Assembly: GCA_963810935.1 (NCBI GenBank)
Contig: CAWEPK010000017.1
Coordinates: 128,001-192,000 of the forward strand
Direction: 5' to 3'
Origin: an uncultured delta proteobacterium
Lineage (GTDB): Bacteria > Desulfobacterota > Syntrophorhabdia > Syntrophorhabdales > WCHB1-27
DNA length: 64,000 nucleotides
Below, in pieces: positions 1 through 9,935 of the stretch. Made by a program: the position numbers and the translations under genes. Under the pieces are notes generated by a model, which did not search any database, was not told where the DNA came from, and worked only from the letters and a program-made list of their open reading frames with translations. The first letter of the stretch is position 1; each line of letters opens with the position of its first letter.

Positions 1-22
1 ATACTCTTCTCCCAGAGCAGGC

Positions 23-805
23 GTGCGCATCGTAACACTCCTCACTGACTTCGGATCGATTGACCCCTACGTCGGCATTATGAAAGGGGTAATGCTGACC
101 GTTTACCCACAAGCCGTTATCGTCGATATCACCCATGAAGTGGGACCGCAGGACGTAGAGGAGGCCGCCTTCCTCGTCGCCGAATATTACCGACGCTTCC
201 CGGAAGGGACCGTCCACCTGTGCGTCGTTGACCCGACCGTAGGGAGCAGCCGCAGGGCCATGGTCGCGGTGATTGACGGCTACCTTTTCGTGGGGCCCGA
301 CAACGGCCTTTTCAGCCTGCTTTATGCGAAGGGAGAGACGCGGACGTACGAGATAGCACAGGGCGGCGGGGACGTGAGCGGCACATTCCACGGCAGGGAC
401 ATTTTCGCCCCCGCTGCGGCACGGCTGGCGGCCGGCGAGCACCCTGCCGGGCTTGGCCCCGAATTCGCAAGGCCTGTAACGTTAGACGGCCTTTTCCCTG
501 TCGTAGAAGGCGACGTGATGCAGGGGAAAATCGTCCGGTTCGACCGCTTCGGCAACGCGATCTCGAACGTCGCCCACGACCTTTTCGGTAAATTCACGGC
601 AGGCAGGCCGTTTACTGTCACGCTTGGCCGCCTCTCTTTTTCCTCCTTGAGCCGGAGCTACTACGAGGCTACCCATACGTGCCTCGTCGGCAGCGCGGGT
701 TACCTCGAATTCGGCTTATTTCTGGGGAACCTTGCACAGGAGCAGGGCTTGCAAAAGGGCGAGAAGGTGGAGGTAAGGCGCGGCCCTTTCAGCCGGACAG
801 GATAG
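23..805 (+). CDS. SAM hydroxide adenosyltransferase (DUF62, fluorinase/chlorinase superfamily)
   Basis: TLLTDFG..DPYVG.MKG, VVDPTVGSSRR, GPDNG, TFHGRDIFAP and DRFGN motifs; the Asp-Arg-His triad of the hydrolase subgroup is present. Confidence 0.9.
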   Translation: MRIVTLLTDFGSIDPYVGIMKGVMLTVYPQAVIVDITHEVGPQDVEEAAFLVAEYYRRFPEGTVHLCVVDPTVGSSRRAMVAVIDGYLFVGPDNGLFSLLYAKGETRTYEIAQGGGDVSGTFHGRDIFAPAAARLAAGEHPAGLGPEFARPVTLDGLFPVVEGDVMQGKIVRFDRFGNAISNVAHDLFGKFTAGRPFTVTLGRLSFSSLSRSYYEATHTCLVGSAGYLEFGLFLGNLAQEQGLQKGEKVEVRRGPFSRTG

Positions 806-809
806 TATT

Positions 810-1010
810 CTAGCTGATGAGATCCAGCGCCTTCTTGAGTGCCGCGCCCGCTCTCTCGACGTGGTCTCCTGCTTCCGCAATGAGGCGTGCGGCTTCTTCC
901 GTCCCGCTCGAGCCGGCAAGCTCGACCCATCGCTTGTAATCTTCTGCGTGCCCCTCGTTGTGCTCGATGAGGTGCTTCAACACGATCCGCAGCCGTTCTT
1001 TGTCTTCCAT
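810..1010 (-). CDS. Small His-containing helical protein, possibly metal-binding
   Basis: 66 aa with HLIEHNEGHAEDY; SD (AGGAGAAGGA) upstream; directly downstream of ilvE. Confidence 0.7.
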   Translation of the reverse strand: MEDKERLRIVLKHLIEHNEGHAEDYKRWVELAGSSGTEEAARLIAEAGDHVERAGAALKKALDLIS

Positions 1011-1063
1011 TGTCCTTCTCCTTAATACACTAACAGGGCCGAATCGGCCCTTCGCGACCTTTC

Positions 1064-2125
1064 TTACAACGTTACCGGGTATCTCCAGCCGAACGGGTCG
1101 GGCATGTCTCCGTACTGGATGCCCGTTATCTCGTCGTAGAGCCTTTGCGAGAACGGCCCGATGCGGCCTTCGTTGACGGTTATCGTCTCTTCCTCGTGGC
1201 GTATCCAGCCGACGGGCGATATGACGGCGGCCGTGCCGGTCCCGAAGACCTCCTGGAGGCTGCCGTCCTTCGACCTCTCCATCACCTCGTCTATCGTGAT
1301 CTTCCTCTCCCTGACCGGGATGCCCCTGTGGGCGGCAAGCTCAAGGACCGTATACCGCGTTACGCCCGGCAGTATGGAGCCGTCCAGCGGCGGGGTGACA
1401 AGCTCGTTGTTTATCACGAACATGATGTTCATCGTGCCCACTTCTTCGATGTAACGCTTCTCGACCGCGTCCAGCCATAGGACCTGCGTGAACCCTTCCG
1501 CCTGGGCCTTCTCCGCGGGAAGGAGGGAGGCTGCGTAGTTCGCGGGTGTCTTGACCTCTCCGAGGCCGCCCCTCACGGCCCTTACGTAAGGCCCCGACGT
1601 GACGAGCTTCACAGGGTTCAAGCCTTCCGGGTAGTAGGCGCCGACTGGCGACGTGATGACCATGAACGTGTACGTTGCTGCTGCGTGCACGCCGAGGAAA
1701 TTATCAGCGGCGAAAATAAAGGGCCGGATGTAAAGGGAAGAGCCGAGCTTCCTCGGTATCCACTCGCTGTCGAGCCTGCAAAGCCCCACCACCGCGTCGA
1801 AGAACATGTCGTGGGTCAGCAACGGGATGCACAGGCGCGCGGCCGAGTTGTTGAACCGCTCCTGGTGCCTGTCCGGCCGGAAGATGAAAGCAGCGCCGTC
1901 CTTCGAGCGGAACGCCTTAAGCCCCTCGAAGATCGCCTGGCCGTAATGGAGGGAGCAGAGGCTTGGCTCGATCTCGATCTTGCCGTAGGGTACTATCCTG
2001 GGCGAAGTCCAGGCCCCTCCCTTGTAGTGCGCTACGAACATGTGGTCGGAAAATATCTTCCCGAACTCCAGGTTATCGAAATCGACGCCACCCAGCCTGC
2101 TCTCAGACGACCGCACGATCTCCAT
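1064..2125 (-). CDS. ilvE: Branched-chain amino acid aminotransferase
   Basis: LHYGQAIFEGLKA, LYIRP, KTPANY (PLP lysine), EEVGTMN, ILPGVTR, FGTGTAAVISP. Confidence 0.95.
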   Translation of the reverse strand: MEIVRSSESRLGGVDFDNLEFGKIFSDHMFVAHYKGGAWTSPRIVPYGKIEIEPSLCSLHYGQAIFEGLKAFRSKDGAAFIFRPDRHQERFNNSAARLCIPLLTHDMFFDAVVGLCRLDSEWIPRKLGSSLYIRPFIFAADNFLGVHAAATYTFMVITSPVGAYYPEGLNPVKLVTSGPYVRAVRGGLGEVKTPANYAASLLPAEKAQAEGFTQVLWLDAVEKRYIEEVGTMNIMFVINNELVTPPLDGSILPGVTRYTVLELAAHRGIPVRERKITIDEVMERSKDGSLQEVFGTGTAAVISPVGWIRHEEETITVNEGRIGPFSQRLYDEITGIQYGDMPDPFGWRYPVTL

Positions 2126-2202
2126 ACGTGCAAACCTCCGCTTTCATTTCACGCAAATCGTTTTCCATAGCTTAAAATAGTTAGGCCCGGTTTGCAACAA
2201 TC

Positions 2203-2280
2203 ATTGGGGTTCAGCACCCCCTCCAGCGGCGAAGCCGCATGGAGCCTCCCCGCTCGGCGCTGCGCATTCGCTTGCTTTAT
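2203..2280. repeat. Dispersed ~78-bp structured intergenic repeat, copy A
   Basis: Aligns by eye over its whole length with the reverse complement of 31950-32026; internal hairpin CTCCA-GCGGC-GAA-GCCGC-A-TGGAG. Confidence 0.85.
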
Positions 2281-2366
2281 TGCCGCTGGTGCGGCAATCA
2301 TCGGGGTCCTTCGGCGCTTCGCATTCGCTCGCTTTGGATTTGGGGCGCAGCAGCCCCTGGGGCAGA

Positions 2367-2891
2367 TTAGTCTTCTTCCAGGACGAAAATCGCGGGGAGG
2401 TTTCGATAACGCTCTGCGTAATCTATGCCGTATCCTACAATGAAGCCGTCCTCGATGGTGAAACCCACGTAATCGCCTTCTATCTCCGTCTTCCTCCGCG
2501 CCCGCTTGTCTACGAGGGCGCAGATCTTGAGAGAGCGGGGGTTTCTCTCCGCGAGCATGTCGCGGATCACGGTAAGGGTGAGTCCGGAGTCGATGATGTC
2601 CTCGACGATGATGACATTCTTGCCCGTGATGTCCGTTTCCAGGTCCATGGTCAGGCTCACTTCGCCGGACGTGGTCGTAGCCGAGCCGTAGGAAGCGGCC
2701 CGCACGAAATCGACTACGACGTGGCTTTTCATCTCCCGCACGAGGTCCGAGAGGAACATGAAGGACCCCTTGAGGATGCAGACGAAGACCATCTCTTCCG
2801 CGTTGAAGTCCCTTGCGATCTCCCCGGCCAGCTTTTTTACGGCCTTCCGGATGTCGTCTTCGTCGAACAGCTTGCTGAGCTTCTCGGTCAT
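2367..2891 (-). CDS. hpt: Hypoxanthine phosphoribosyltransferase
   Basis: ILKGSFMFLSDL, IVEDIIDSGLTL (PRPP loop), FIVGYGIDYAERYRNLP. Confidence 0.95.
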   Translation of the reverse strand: MTEKLSKLFDEDDIRKAVKKLAGEIARDFNAEEMVFVCILKGSFMFLSDLVREMKSHVVVDFVRAASYGSATTTSGEVSLTMDLETDITGKNVIIVEDIIDSGLTLTVIRDMLAERNPRSLKICALVDKRARRKTEIEGDYVGFTIEDGFIVGYGIDYAERYRNLPAIFVLEED

Positions 2892-2892
2892 G

Positions 2893-3549
2893 TTATTTGG
2901 CGTGCCTTAAAATAACTATCTCGGGCTCTTTCGGCAGGCCCTCCTTCGTTACCTCTATCTCGAAGCCGTCAACCTTCTTCACGCCCTTCTTGCCTTTGAC
3001 GAACAGGTCGACGCCGGTGATGGGGAAATCGACCTTGTCCGTCTTGTAGTGCATGGGGATGGTGATTGCCGGCTTCAGCGCGTCCATGACCTTCGTCGCC
3101 GCGACCGCGTCTATCGTGAAATAGCCGCCCACCGGCATCATGAGCACGTCGGTCCTGCCTATACGCTTAACGAGGTCGTCGCTCAAGGGGTGGCCCAGGT
3201 CACCCAGGTGGACCACCGACAGGCCGTCCGCCTCGATAACGAGCAAAAGGGTCTTGCCCCTTTCCCTCCCCTTCGATTCGTCGTGGAAGGCGGAAACCGC
3301 CCTTATCTTGACGCCGCGTATCTCATAGACGCCTTCGTCGTGGACTTCGCTGTACGGCCCTTCGATCGATGCAGTGTAGTTGTGGTCGGCGTGTCCGTGG
3401 GTGACGAGCACGATGTTTGCGCGGTCTGTGATGGGGCCGTAAGTTATGGCACCGCCGAAGCCGCCGGATTCGTAAGGATCGATGATGATGCCCGTGCCGT
3501 CGGAAGTCGTGATCCTGAACGCTGCGTGGCCGTACCATTTGATCTTCAT
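2893..3549 (-). CDS. MBL-fold metallo-hydrolase (UlaG/Lactamase_B_3-like)
   Basis: WYGHAAF, THGHADH, HLGDLG, PVGG, IPMHY. Confidence 0.9.
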   Translation of the reverse strand: MKIKWYGHAAFRITTSDGTGIIIDPYESGGFGGAITYGPITDRANIVLVTHGHADHNYTASIEGPYSEVHDEGVYEIRGVKIRAVSAFHDESKGRERGKTLLLVIEADGLSVVHLGDLGHPLSDDLVKRIGRTDVLMMPVGGYFTIDAVAATKVMDALKPAITIPMHYKTDKVDFPITGVDLFVKGKKGVKKVDGFEIEVTKEGLPKEPEIVILRHAK

Positions 3550-3581
3550 CTCGCCCTCCGATTTTTTACGCTGACCCTTCT

Positions 3582-3609
3582 ATTATAGCGACGGGGCGGA
3601 ATTAGTCAA
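3582..3609 (-). promoter_or_regulatory. Sigma70-type promoter for the MBL-hpt operon
   Basis: Minus strand TTGACT-N16-TATAAT about 30 nt upstream of the start at 3549. Confidence 0.6.
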
Positions 3610-3689
3610 ATGTTTGTTGGAAAAACAAGGCGAAAAGCACACCCCGACCTGCCGGCGGCAGCACGCTCAGGGGCGCCTATCGCCCTATC

Positions 3690-3935
3690 TCACTGCCCGG
3701 CTTTCTTTTCAGGCCGGCAGCCGATGCGTAAATTGCTGCTGAAGACGCCGTCATCTTCGGACAAGGTCGCGTATCCATTAGGGCACAGCTCGTTAGCCTT
3801 GTTGTAGCAAGTCTTCAGCTTGCCGCAGGAAATCCAGTAATCTTTTGCTCCGTCGGGACGTTTGATCTCCTGGAATTTAGTGCTGCAGCCGGCTAAAAGC
3901 ATGACGACAAAAGCCGCGACCATCAACCTTTTCAT
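3690..3935 (-). CDS. Small Cys-rich lipoprotein
   Basis: Lipobox LAGC after a hydrophobic signal; C..CYNKANELCPNGY..C pattern; GGAGGG SD. Confidence 0.75.
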   Translation of the reverse strand: MKRLMVAAFVVMLLAGCSTKFQEIKRPDGAKDYWISCGKLKTCYNKANELCPNGYATLSEDDGVFSSNLRIGCRPEKKAGQ

Positions 3936-4482
3936 GAGCCCTCCGGGACCGATCTTTTCTGCCCTCTCTTATTAGAGGGCGCAAGTGCGAAATTATGCTG
4001 CAAAAGCGCCTTTATTATTCTCCAATTGGACGGTCGCCGTCAACTGTTAAATAGCTTTTTGCGGCAGGACTCGTGGGCTGTTCGGAATCGTGACCCCTTT
4101 CTGGGCATTCTTACACATCGCTTCTTGCTGGCGAACATCCTATATCTGCATCAAGCTGGGTTCTGGACCTTGCTTCGGTACGCAATTTTCGATCGCAACG
4201 CTTGTAGCAAAAATGATGACGCGCTCGTTTATGAAAAGTGCTACAAAATGTTTGTTGCCTCTGCGACAGACCGGGCAACCGACTTCTGGTAACCTAAAGG
4301 GTATATGTAATAAACCGTTCATAGGGGGGTCGGTAGTGAAGCTCCTTTTGATTTCACTTTCCAATAAGCCGGGAAAAAAGGTACTTTCAACCGAGGAACA
4401 TGACACCCGACAGGACAAAAGAACGGACGGAAGGCAATAACCTCTCGATTGTGGTATATTTGCACGTATAAGGACACGAAAG

Positions 4483-6186
4483 ATGAAGGACAGGAATGGT
4501 TCAAGAGAACAGCTCGTCAACGAAGGGACTGCCCGACGGACTGATGAACCGGTAGCGTTGGAATCTCGCCGGAAACACGCTCAGACCGCAGCGGAAGAAA
4601 CCGCCGCATACGCTCGGGCGATAATCGACACGGTGCGCGAACCCCTTGTGGTTTTGGATAAGCACCTGTTGGTGCTCTCCGCCAGCCGCAGCTTCTACGA
4701 TACGTTCAAGGTAACCCTCGGTGAGACCGTGGGGAAATATATCTACGACCTGGGAAACGGACAGTGGAACATCCCCGGGCTCCGGAAACTGCTTCGGGAC
4801 ATCCTGAAGAATACCAGACTCGACAACTATGCGGTCGACCACGTATTCCCGACCATCGGGCATAAGTTCATGGTGCTCAACGCCCGTCGGATTTACAAGG
4901 AAGACGTCGGCACGAAGATGATTCTCCTCGCCATTGAAGACCTCACAGCATTGAAACAGAGAGATGAAGAGTTGAAAGCTTCTGAAACCCGGTACCGCCG
5001 ACTCTTCGAAACGGCCCAGGACGGAATCCTTATCCTCGACGCAGACACTGGACAGATAGACGACGTCAACCCATTCCTCATGGATATGCTCGGCTACACC
5101 TACGAAGATTTCCAGGGAAAGAGGCTCTGGGAGATAGGCGCCTTCAAGGACACCAGGGCAAACAAGGCGGTGTTTACGAAGCTACAACACAAAGGGTACG
5201 TCCGCTACGAAGACTTGCCGCTCACCACAAAAGACGGGCGGGAGATTGACGTAGAATTTGTCAGCAATGTGTATCCGGTTAACCATCACAAGGTCATTCA
5301 GTGCAATATCCGGGACGTTACAGACAGAAAACTGGCCGAAGAAGAACTCCGGAAGGCGCACGACGAGCTGGAAGGGCGGGTAAAAGAACGTACGGCTCAA
5401 CTGTTTGAATCGAACATGTTGCTCAGGCAGGAAATCGCTGAACGTAAGATCGTTGAAACAGAACTGAAGGAGTCCCGGGAACGGCTGCGCCGCCTCAGCA
5501 TCCATTCGCGGAAGGTGAGAGAGGAGGAAAGGACATCTATCTCACGCCAACTCCATGATGAATTGGGGCAGGTCTTAACGGGCATAAAAATGGATGTCGC
5601 ATGGATAGGGAGAAGAACGCCGCAAGACCGTACCATAATCCCTGAAAGAGTGAATTCGTTGCTCGCGCTTATCGATGACGCCATCGTTTCCGTACAGAGA
5701 ATCTCGATGGCGTTGAGACCGCCCGCTCTGGACGATTTTGGCCTGCAGGAAGCGATGAAACTGGCGGCGGAAGACTTTCAAAAGAGGACAAAGGTTGCTT
5801 GCGAGATTATTTCAAAGCCACAGGATATAGACCTCAAGGGGAACATTTCCACCGAGGCCTTCCGCATCTTTCAGGAAGCGCTTACCAACATCGCCCGCCA
5901 TGCAGGCGCGCACAGAGTCGTCGTATCCCTGCGGACCGTGGGAGATGCATTTATTATGGAAGTGAAGGATGATGGGAGGGGCATTACGAAAACACAGATA
6001 TCCGATCTGAAGTCTATCGGATTAACGGGCATGCGGGAACGAGCATTTGCTATGGGGGGAACCCTGACCGTTGCCGGCGCGCGGGGAAAAGGGACGACAG
6101 TCGCCCTGAGCGTTCCGCTCGGTGAAGGGAAAGAAGGGCCTCGCATAATAAAGCGTTGCAGGAAACAACGGTCCGAGGAGGGATGA
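4483..6186 (+). CDS. Cytoplasmic PAS-PAS sensor histidine kinase (HisKA_3, UhpB/NarX type)
   Basis: Two PAS domains; [18 protein letters not shown]-box; [25 protein letters not shown]. Confidence 0.92.
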   Translation: MKDRNGSREQLVNEGTARRTDEPVALESRRKHAQTAAEETAAYARAIIDTVREPLVVLDKHLLVLSASRSFYDTFKVTLGETVGKYIYDLGNGQWNIPGLRKLLRDILKNTRLDNYAVDHVFPTIGHKFMVLNARRIYKEDVGTKMILLAIEDLTALKQRDEELKASETRYRRLFETAQDGILILDADTGQIDDVNPFLMDMLGYTYEDFQGKRLWEIGAFKDTRANKAVFTKLQHKGYVRYEDLPLTTKDGREIDVEFVSNVYPVNHHKVIQCNIRDVTDRKLAEEELRKAHDELEGRVKERTAQLFESNMLLRQEIAERKIVETELKESRERLRRLSIHSRKVREEERTSISRQLHDELGQVLTGIKMDVAWIGRRTPQDRTIIPERVNSLLALIDDAIVSVQRISMALRPPALDDFGLQEAMKLAAEDFQKRTKVACEIISKPQDIDLKGNISTEAFRIFQEALTNIARHAGAHRVVVSLRTVGDAFIMEVKDDGRGITKTQISDLKSIGLTGMRERAFAMGGTLTVAGARGKGTTVALSVPLGEGKEGPRIIKRCRKQRSEEG

Positions 6187-6818
6187 TGCTCCGCATCGTT
6201 ATTGCCGATGACCACCCGGTCGTGCTCAAAGGCCTGAAAGAGATTCTTTCGGATAGTTTCGATGAAGTGATAATCGATGAAACCACCACGGGTCATGAGC
6301 TCATGAGCAATGTCCGGAAAAACCAGTACGATCTGGTCCTTCTCGATATCTCACTTCCTGACATAAACGGTCTGGAAGTCCTTAAGGAGATTAAGAAAAA
6401 CAACCCGAAGCTCCCCGTCCTTATCATAAGCATGTACCCCGAAGAGCAATACGCACCCCGTGCCATAAAGGCCGGGGCGCAGGGTTATGTCACAAAAAAA
6501 AGTGCATCGAATGAACTAGTGCTGGCGGTACGCAAAATTTTGTCCGGCAAGAGGTATATCAGCCCGGCGTTCGCCGACAAAATGATGTTTGATTTCGAGT
6601 CGAATGCCGACAGACCTCCACATGAGCGACTCTCCGATCGGGAGCTTCAAGTGCTCTGTATGATCGGCGGCGGAAAGGCAGTAAATCACATCGCGGAAGA
6701 GCTCCATTTGAGCGCAAACACGGTGAGAACGTACCGGGCCCGCATCCTGGAAAAGATCGGGGTTAATGGAACTAGCGAATTGATTCACTACGCCATCACG
6801 CACAGCCTGACAGAATAG
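6183..6818 (+). CDS. NarL/UvrY-family response regulator (REC + LuxR HTH)
   Basis: [28 protein letters not shown]...[16 protein letters not shown] overlap with the kinase stop. Confidence 0.93.
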   Translation: MMLRIVIADDHPVVLKGLKEILSDSFDEVIIDETTTGHELMSNVRKNQYDLVLLDISLPDINGLEVLKEIKKNNPKLPVLIISMYPEEQYAPRAIKAGAQGYVTKKSASNELVLAVRKILSGKRYISPAFADKMMFDFESNADRPPHERLSDRELQVLCMIGGGKAVNHIAEELHLSANTVRTYRARILEKIGVNGTSELIHYAITHSLTE

Positions 6819-7053
6819 CCCTTTCAGCAAAACAATTGCGCATGCCGTGCGCGGCCCGGCAACCTTAAATCCGGAAAAACCGTATGCTGGGCCGGCCCCA
6901 CTGGTTTCAACCCCCGTAGTAAAAACAATGACACGGCCGCGCGCGTGACAACGGCAAAATAATTCCCGGTTTTGCGACAGACGCGAGTCCGCGCTTGTCG
7001 TATCTTATTGCAGACGTTTTTCAATACACTCTTACAAAAAGGAGGAATCACAA

Positions 7054-7128
7054 ATGGGATTCGTGATTGGAATCTTAGTTATCGCTGCTCTGGTTCTTGT
7101 CGTAATCTTTTTAGCGCACCGTGCGTGA
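7054..7128 (+). CDS. 24-aa single-TM small protein (MGFVIGILVIAALVLVVIFLAHRA)
   Basis: Strong SD AAGGAGGA 6 nt before the ATG at 7054; fully hydrophobic with a basic C-terminus; below the ORF-track size cutoff. Confidence 0.65.
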   Translation: MGFVIGILVIAALVLVVIFLAHRA

Positions 7129-7304
7129 GTTCCTGCAACGCACTTCTGTCTCTATCGGCCATGCGGGGGGACCCCTGGAGCGTGACAGCGCTTGCCGTTA
7201 GCGTCTGTTCGCTGTCACGCTCCAGGGGCCCAAGGCTACGGTGTTTTGTACTACACGGCAAATTCTCGTCCTTCGCGTTCAAAATAGGGGCACGGCGATA
7301 ATTC

Positions 7305-7985
7305 ATGCAGCTCGAAATCCGGAATCTGACAAAGCTCTACGATCACAAAAGGGGTCTTCTGCCGACCAGCTTTGAAGTAACAAAAGGCGAGCTGATGGCT
7401 GTTGTCGGTCACAATGGCGCCGGTAAATCCACTCTTCTAAAAATGCTGGCAAACTGGATTCTTCCGGACGGCGGTCAAGTCACGATAGAAGGAATCGATC
7501 TGAGCAACAGGACCGCCGTTGTGAGGAAAATTGGTTTTGTTCCGGAAGTCCCCAACCTTTTTGACTTCTTTTCAGTTGGATACAATCTCAAACTGTTTGC
7601 CGTTCTCTTTCAAATACCCTTTCCGCGGGTGGATGAGGTGTTGAGAGAGTTCAATCTGATTCCCTTTCGAAAAAGCAAAATACAGGCGTTGTCAAAAGGC
7701 CTAAAGCAAAGGGTGAGTATCGGGCGCGCCCTGCTGGCGGATCCTCCCATTCTCCTTTTTGACGAGCCAACATCGGGTCTCGACTTCGAGATGACGAAAG
7801 AAATATACCGGCTGTTGAACAAAATGCATGACGCAGGGAAAACGATCCTCTTTACTTCCCACCGGCCCGAAGAGATAAAGAGCCTGGCAACGCGCATCAT
7901 GGTGCTGCACGAAGGCCGTTTGGCCTTCGACGGATCTCCTCAGAGATATTTCCAATCCGAGACTCACGAAAGCCTCTACGCATGA
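7305..7985 (+). CDS. ABC transporter ATP-binding protein (ABC-2/CcmA-like)
   Basis: GHNGAGKST, LSKGLKQR, FDEPTSGLD, TSH. Confidence 0.92.
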   Translation: MQLEIRNLTKLYDHKRGLLPTSFEVTKGELMAVVGHNGAGKSTLLKMLANWILPDGGQVTIEGIDLSNRTAVVRKIGFVPEVPNLFDFFSVGYNLKLFAVLFQIPFPRVDEVLREFNLIPFRKSKIQALSKGLKQRVSIGRALLADPPILLFDEPTSGLDFEMTKEIYRLLNKMHDAGKTILFTSHRPEEIKSLATRIMVLHEGRLAFDGSPQRYFQSETHESLYA

Positions 7986-9013
7986 TGATGAGAAATATCC
8001 TTGTACTCGCATTCAATGATTTTGCCGTCGCATTAAAGAATAAAACAATTTATCTCATCCTTTTCATTCCTTTCTTCGTCTTCATTTCCTTAAAATTGAT
8101 AGATCGGCCCGACGCAGACGTCACCAAAATCAAAATCGGCCTCATTCAAAAATATGCCTACGCGCCTCAATTCAGCCGAAGCGTCAAGGCGGCCGAAAAG
8201 ATCATTGAAGTTACGTGGGTTCGAAACGAAGAGGAAGGCAAGCGCCTTTTGAAAGAAAAGAAACTAGACGGGGTGTTGGTAAGAAATGAAAGAGAACCCG
8301 ATAGTCTTGCACTCCTGGTGTCAAAAAAGGAATCTCCTCATACTCTTGCCATCGTGGAATGTTTTTCAGCTTTGCAGAAAGCGGCGGAAGGAGGCAGCAT
8401 AAGCTGGATTACCGACGTTAAACCGCTTTACGAAGGCGGCATTCAAAGACAGACTTTACCGACGTGGATTTTGATGCTCGCCCTCCTCGTGGGTTTCATT
8501 ATTCTTCCAGCGCAAGTCGCCGAAGAAAAGGAAAAGAAACTGCTCCTGGCGCTTCTCCTGACGCCCATACGTGAGATCCAATGGCTGATTGCCAAACTCA
8601 TCATCGGCATGGTCCTTATAATCATAGCCGTGTTATTTCTCCATTTATTGGGTAGATTCAGCGTGGCAAATCTTTTCAGCTATGCCTCATTCATTGTCGT
8701 AGGGAGTTTTTGTTTCAGCGCCTGCGGGATTTTTCTGGGTTTTCTCTGCCGCAATCAGGCGAGCGCCAGGGCCCTGGGCCTTGTCTTCTATTTGCCGCTT
8801 CTTCTTCCCTCGGCGCTGTCAGATTTTTCGAAAAAACTGACGATCGTCGCGCCCTTCATGCCATCCTACGAATTTTACGAGCCCCTTAAATCCCTTCTGA
8901 TAGAAGAGGGGAGAATAGGGAATATGGTTTTTGATTGGATTTACTTGTTGCTCGTCGGAGCACTTATGCTTTACTTGTCATATCTATTGATGAAAAGACG
9001 CTGGTTAATGTGA
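7982..9013 (+). CDS. ABC-2 type permease
   Basis: N-terminal TM, extracytoplasmic loop, EEKEKKLLLALLLTP motif, multiple C-terminal TMs; overlaps the ATPase gene. Confidence 0.88.
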   Translation: MMMRNILVLAFNDFAVALKNKTIYLILFIPFFVFISLKLIDRPDADVTKIKIGLIQKYAYAPQFSRSVKAAEKIIEVTWVRNEEEGKRLLKEKKLDGVLVRNEREPDSLALLVSKKESPHTLAIVECFSALQKAAEGGSISWITDVKPLYEGGIQRQTLPTWILMLALLVGFIILPAQVAEEKEKKLLLALLLTPIREIQWLIAKLIIGMVLIIIAVLFLHLLGRFSVANLFSYASFIVVGSFCFSACGIFLGFLCRNQASARALGLVFYLPLLLPSALSDFSKKLTIVAPFMPSYEFYEPLKSLLIEEGRIGNMVFDWIYLLLVGALMLYLSYLLMKRRWLM

Positions 9014-9131
9014 TCTTGCCGGCCGAACGTTAAATCCGCGGTGTTGTTTCTCCTTCTTGTCTATCAACGAGGTAGTATTGAAACAAAAGGTGAATTCGTT
9101 TACTTCAAGCCATCTGTGCTTTGTGGGGCTT

Positions 9132-9935
9132 CTATAGGCAGAGGCACTGCCTGTACCCACCCTTTTCAATAAGCTTAATGGCTTCTGCATAGTCTCTTTG
9201 AAGGGCATTCCCGGCATGAGATTTGCCGCCTTCCTTCGGAAAGACATCGCCGAGGATCTCTGCGATGGCGCTATAGGGCAACTTCTCGGCTTTATGCAGG
9301 TCATAGACAATGATATAGCGCTTCCATTTGTCTGTCCTCATCCTTGATCGGTAGCGCCTGACGTTATGTTCGTCGAGCAGCCTGGATATCCGTTCAATTA
9401 TCGTTTTCTTCAGTGCCGTCCTTGATACCCCGAAGTAGAGTGTATCGGCAACATTCGTCGGCGTCAACGCCCCCAGCACCCAGAACTCTGACGGGTCTAC
9501 GCTCGGCAGCAGACTCCATGCCTCCTTCTTATCGGCAATTTCCAGTTGTTCATCTACGTAAGCACCGGAAAGAAAGTTTACCGGATCGAAATTCACCGGG
9601 GGCAGTTTGGGGTCGAGCTTCTCGTAAACTGTGTCCGGAAGAGGGATAATGGCTGCTCGCCTCGGCTCAAATCTCAAGGGGGCTATTAGATAATCACCTT
9701 TTTCATGACTCCACTGCCCCGGGTCGATGAAAGTAATGTGGACCCCGAGTCCCTTGATTTCGTCGACTATGCCTTTCCGGGCAATACTATCCTTTGTTTC
9801 AGCAAGTATCTTTATTTTCTCCCGATAGGCAGGGCTCCTTCTTATAACCTCCCACAGCCACCCCTCCGGAGGCATCTTGTCCATGTACTCATACTTCTTC
9901 CTGATCTCCCCTGCCATTTCATCAACCTTTTCCAT
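9132..9935 (-). CDS. DUF6499/DUF2285-like (FseA-like) putative transcriptional activator
   Basis: N-terminal WLWEVIRRSPAYRE resembles the AWEFLRRN motif; C-terminal HTH-like VYDLH..LPYSAIAEIL...LIEKGGYRQCL. Confidence 0.6.
   Translation of the reverse strand: MEKVDEMAGEIRKKYEYMDKMPPEGWLWEVIRRSPAYREKIKILAETKDSIARKGIVDEIKGLGVHITFIDPGQWSHEKGDYLIAPLRFEPRRAAIIPLPDTVYEKLDPKLPPVNFDPVNFLSGAYVDEQLEIADKKEAWSLLPSVDPSEFWVLGALTPTNVADTLYFGVSRTALKKTIIERISRLLDEHNVRRYRSRMRTDKWKRYIIVYDLHKAEKLPYSAIAEILGDVFPKEGGKSHAGNALQRDYAEAIKLIEKGGYRQCLCL

Noticed and set aside
23..805. Fluorinase or chlorinase activity
   Set aside because: The Asp-Arg-His hydrolase triad is present and no halometabolite cluster is adjacent.
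4026..4520. Short ORFs upstream of the kinase
   Set aside because: Overlapping, motif-free and without a clear SD; more likely regulatory DNA.
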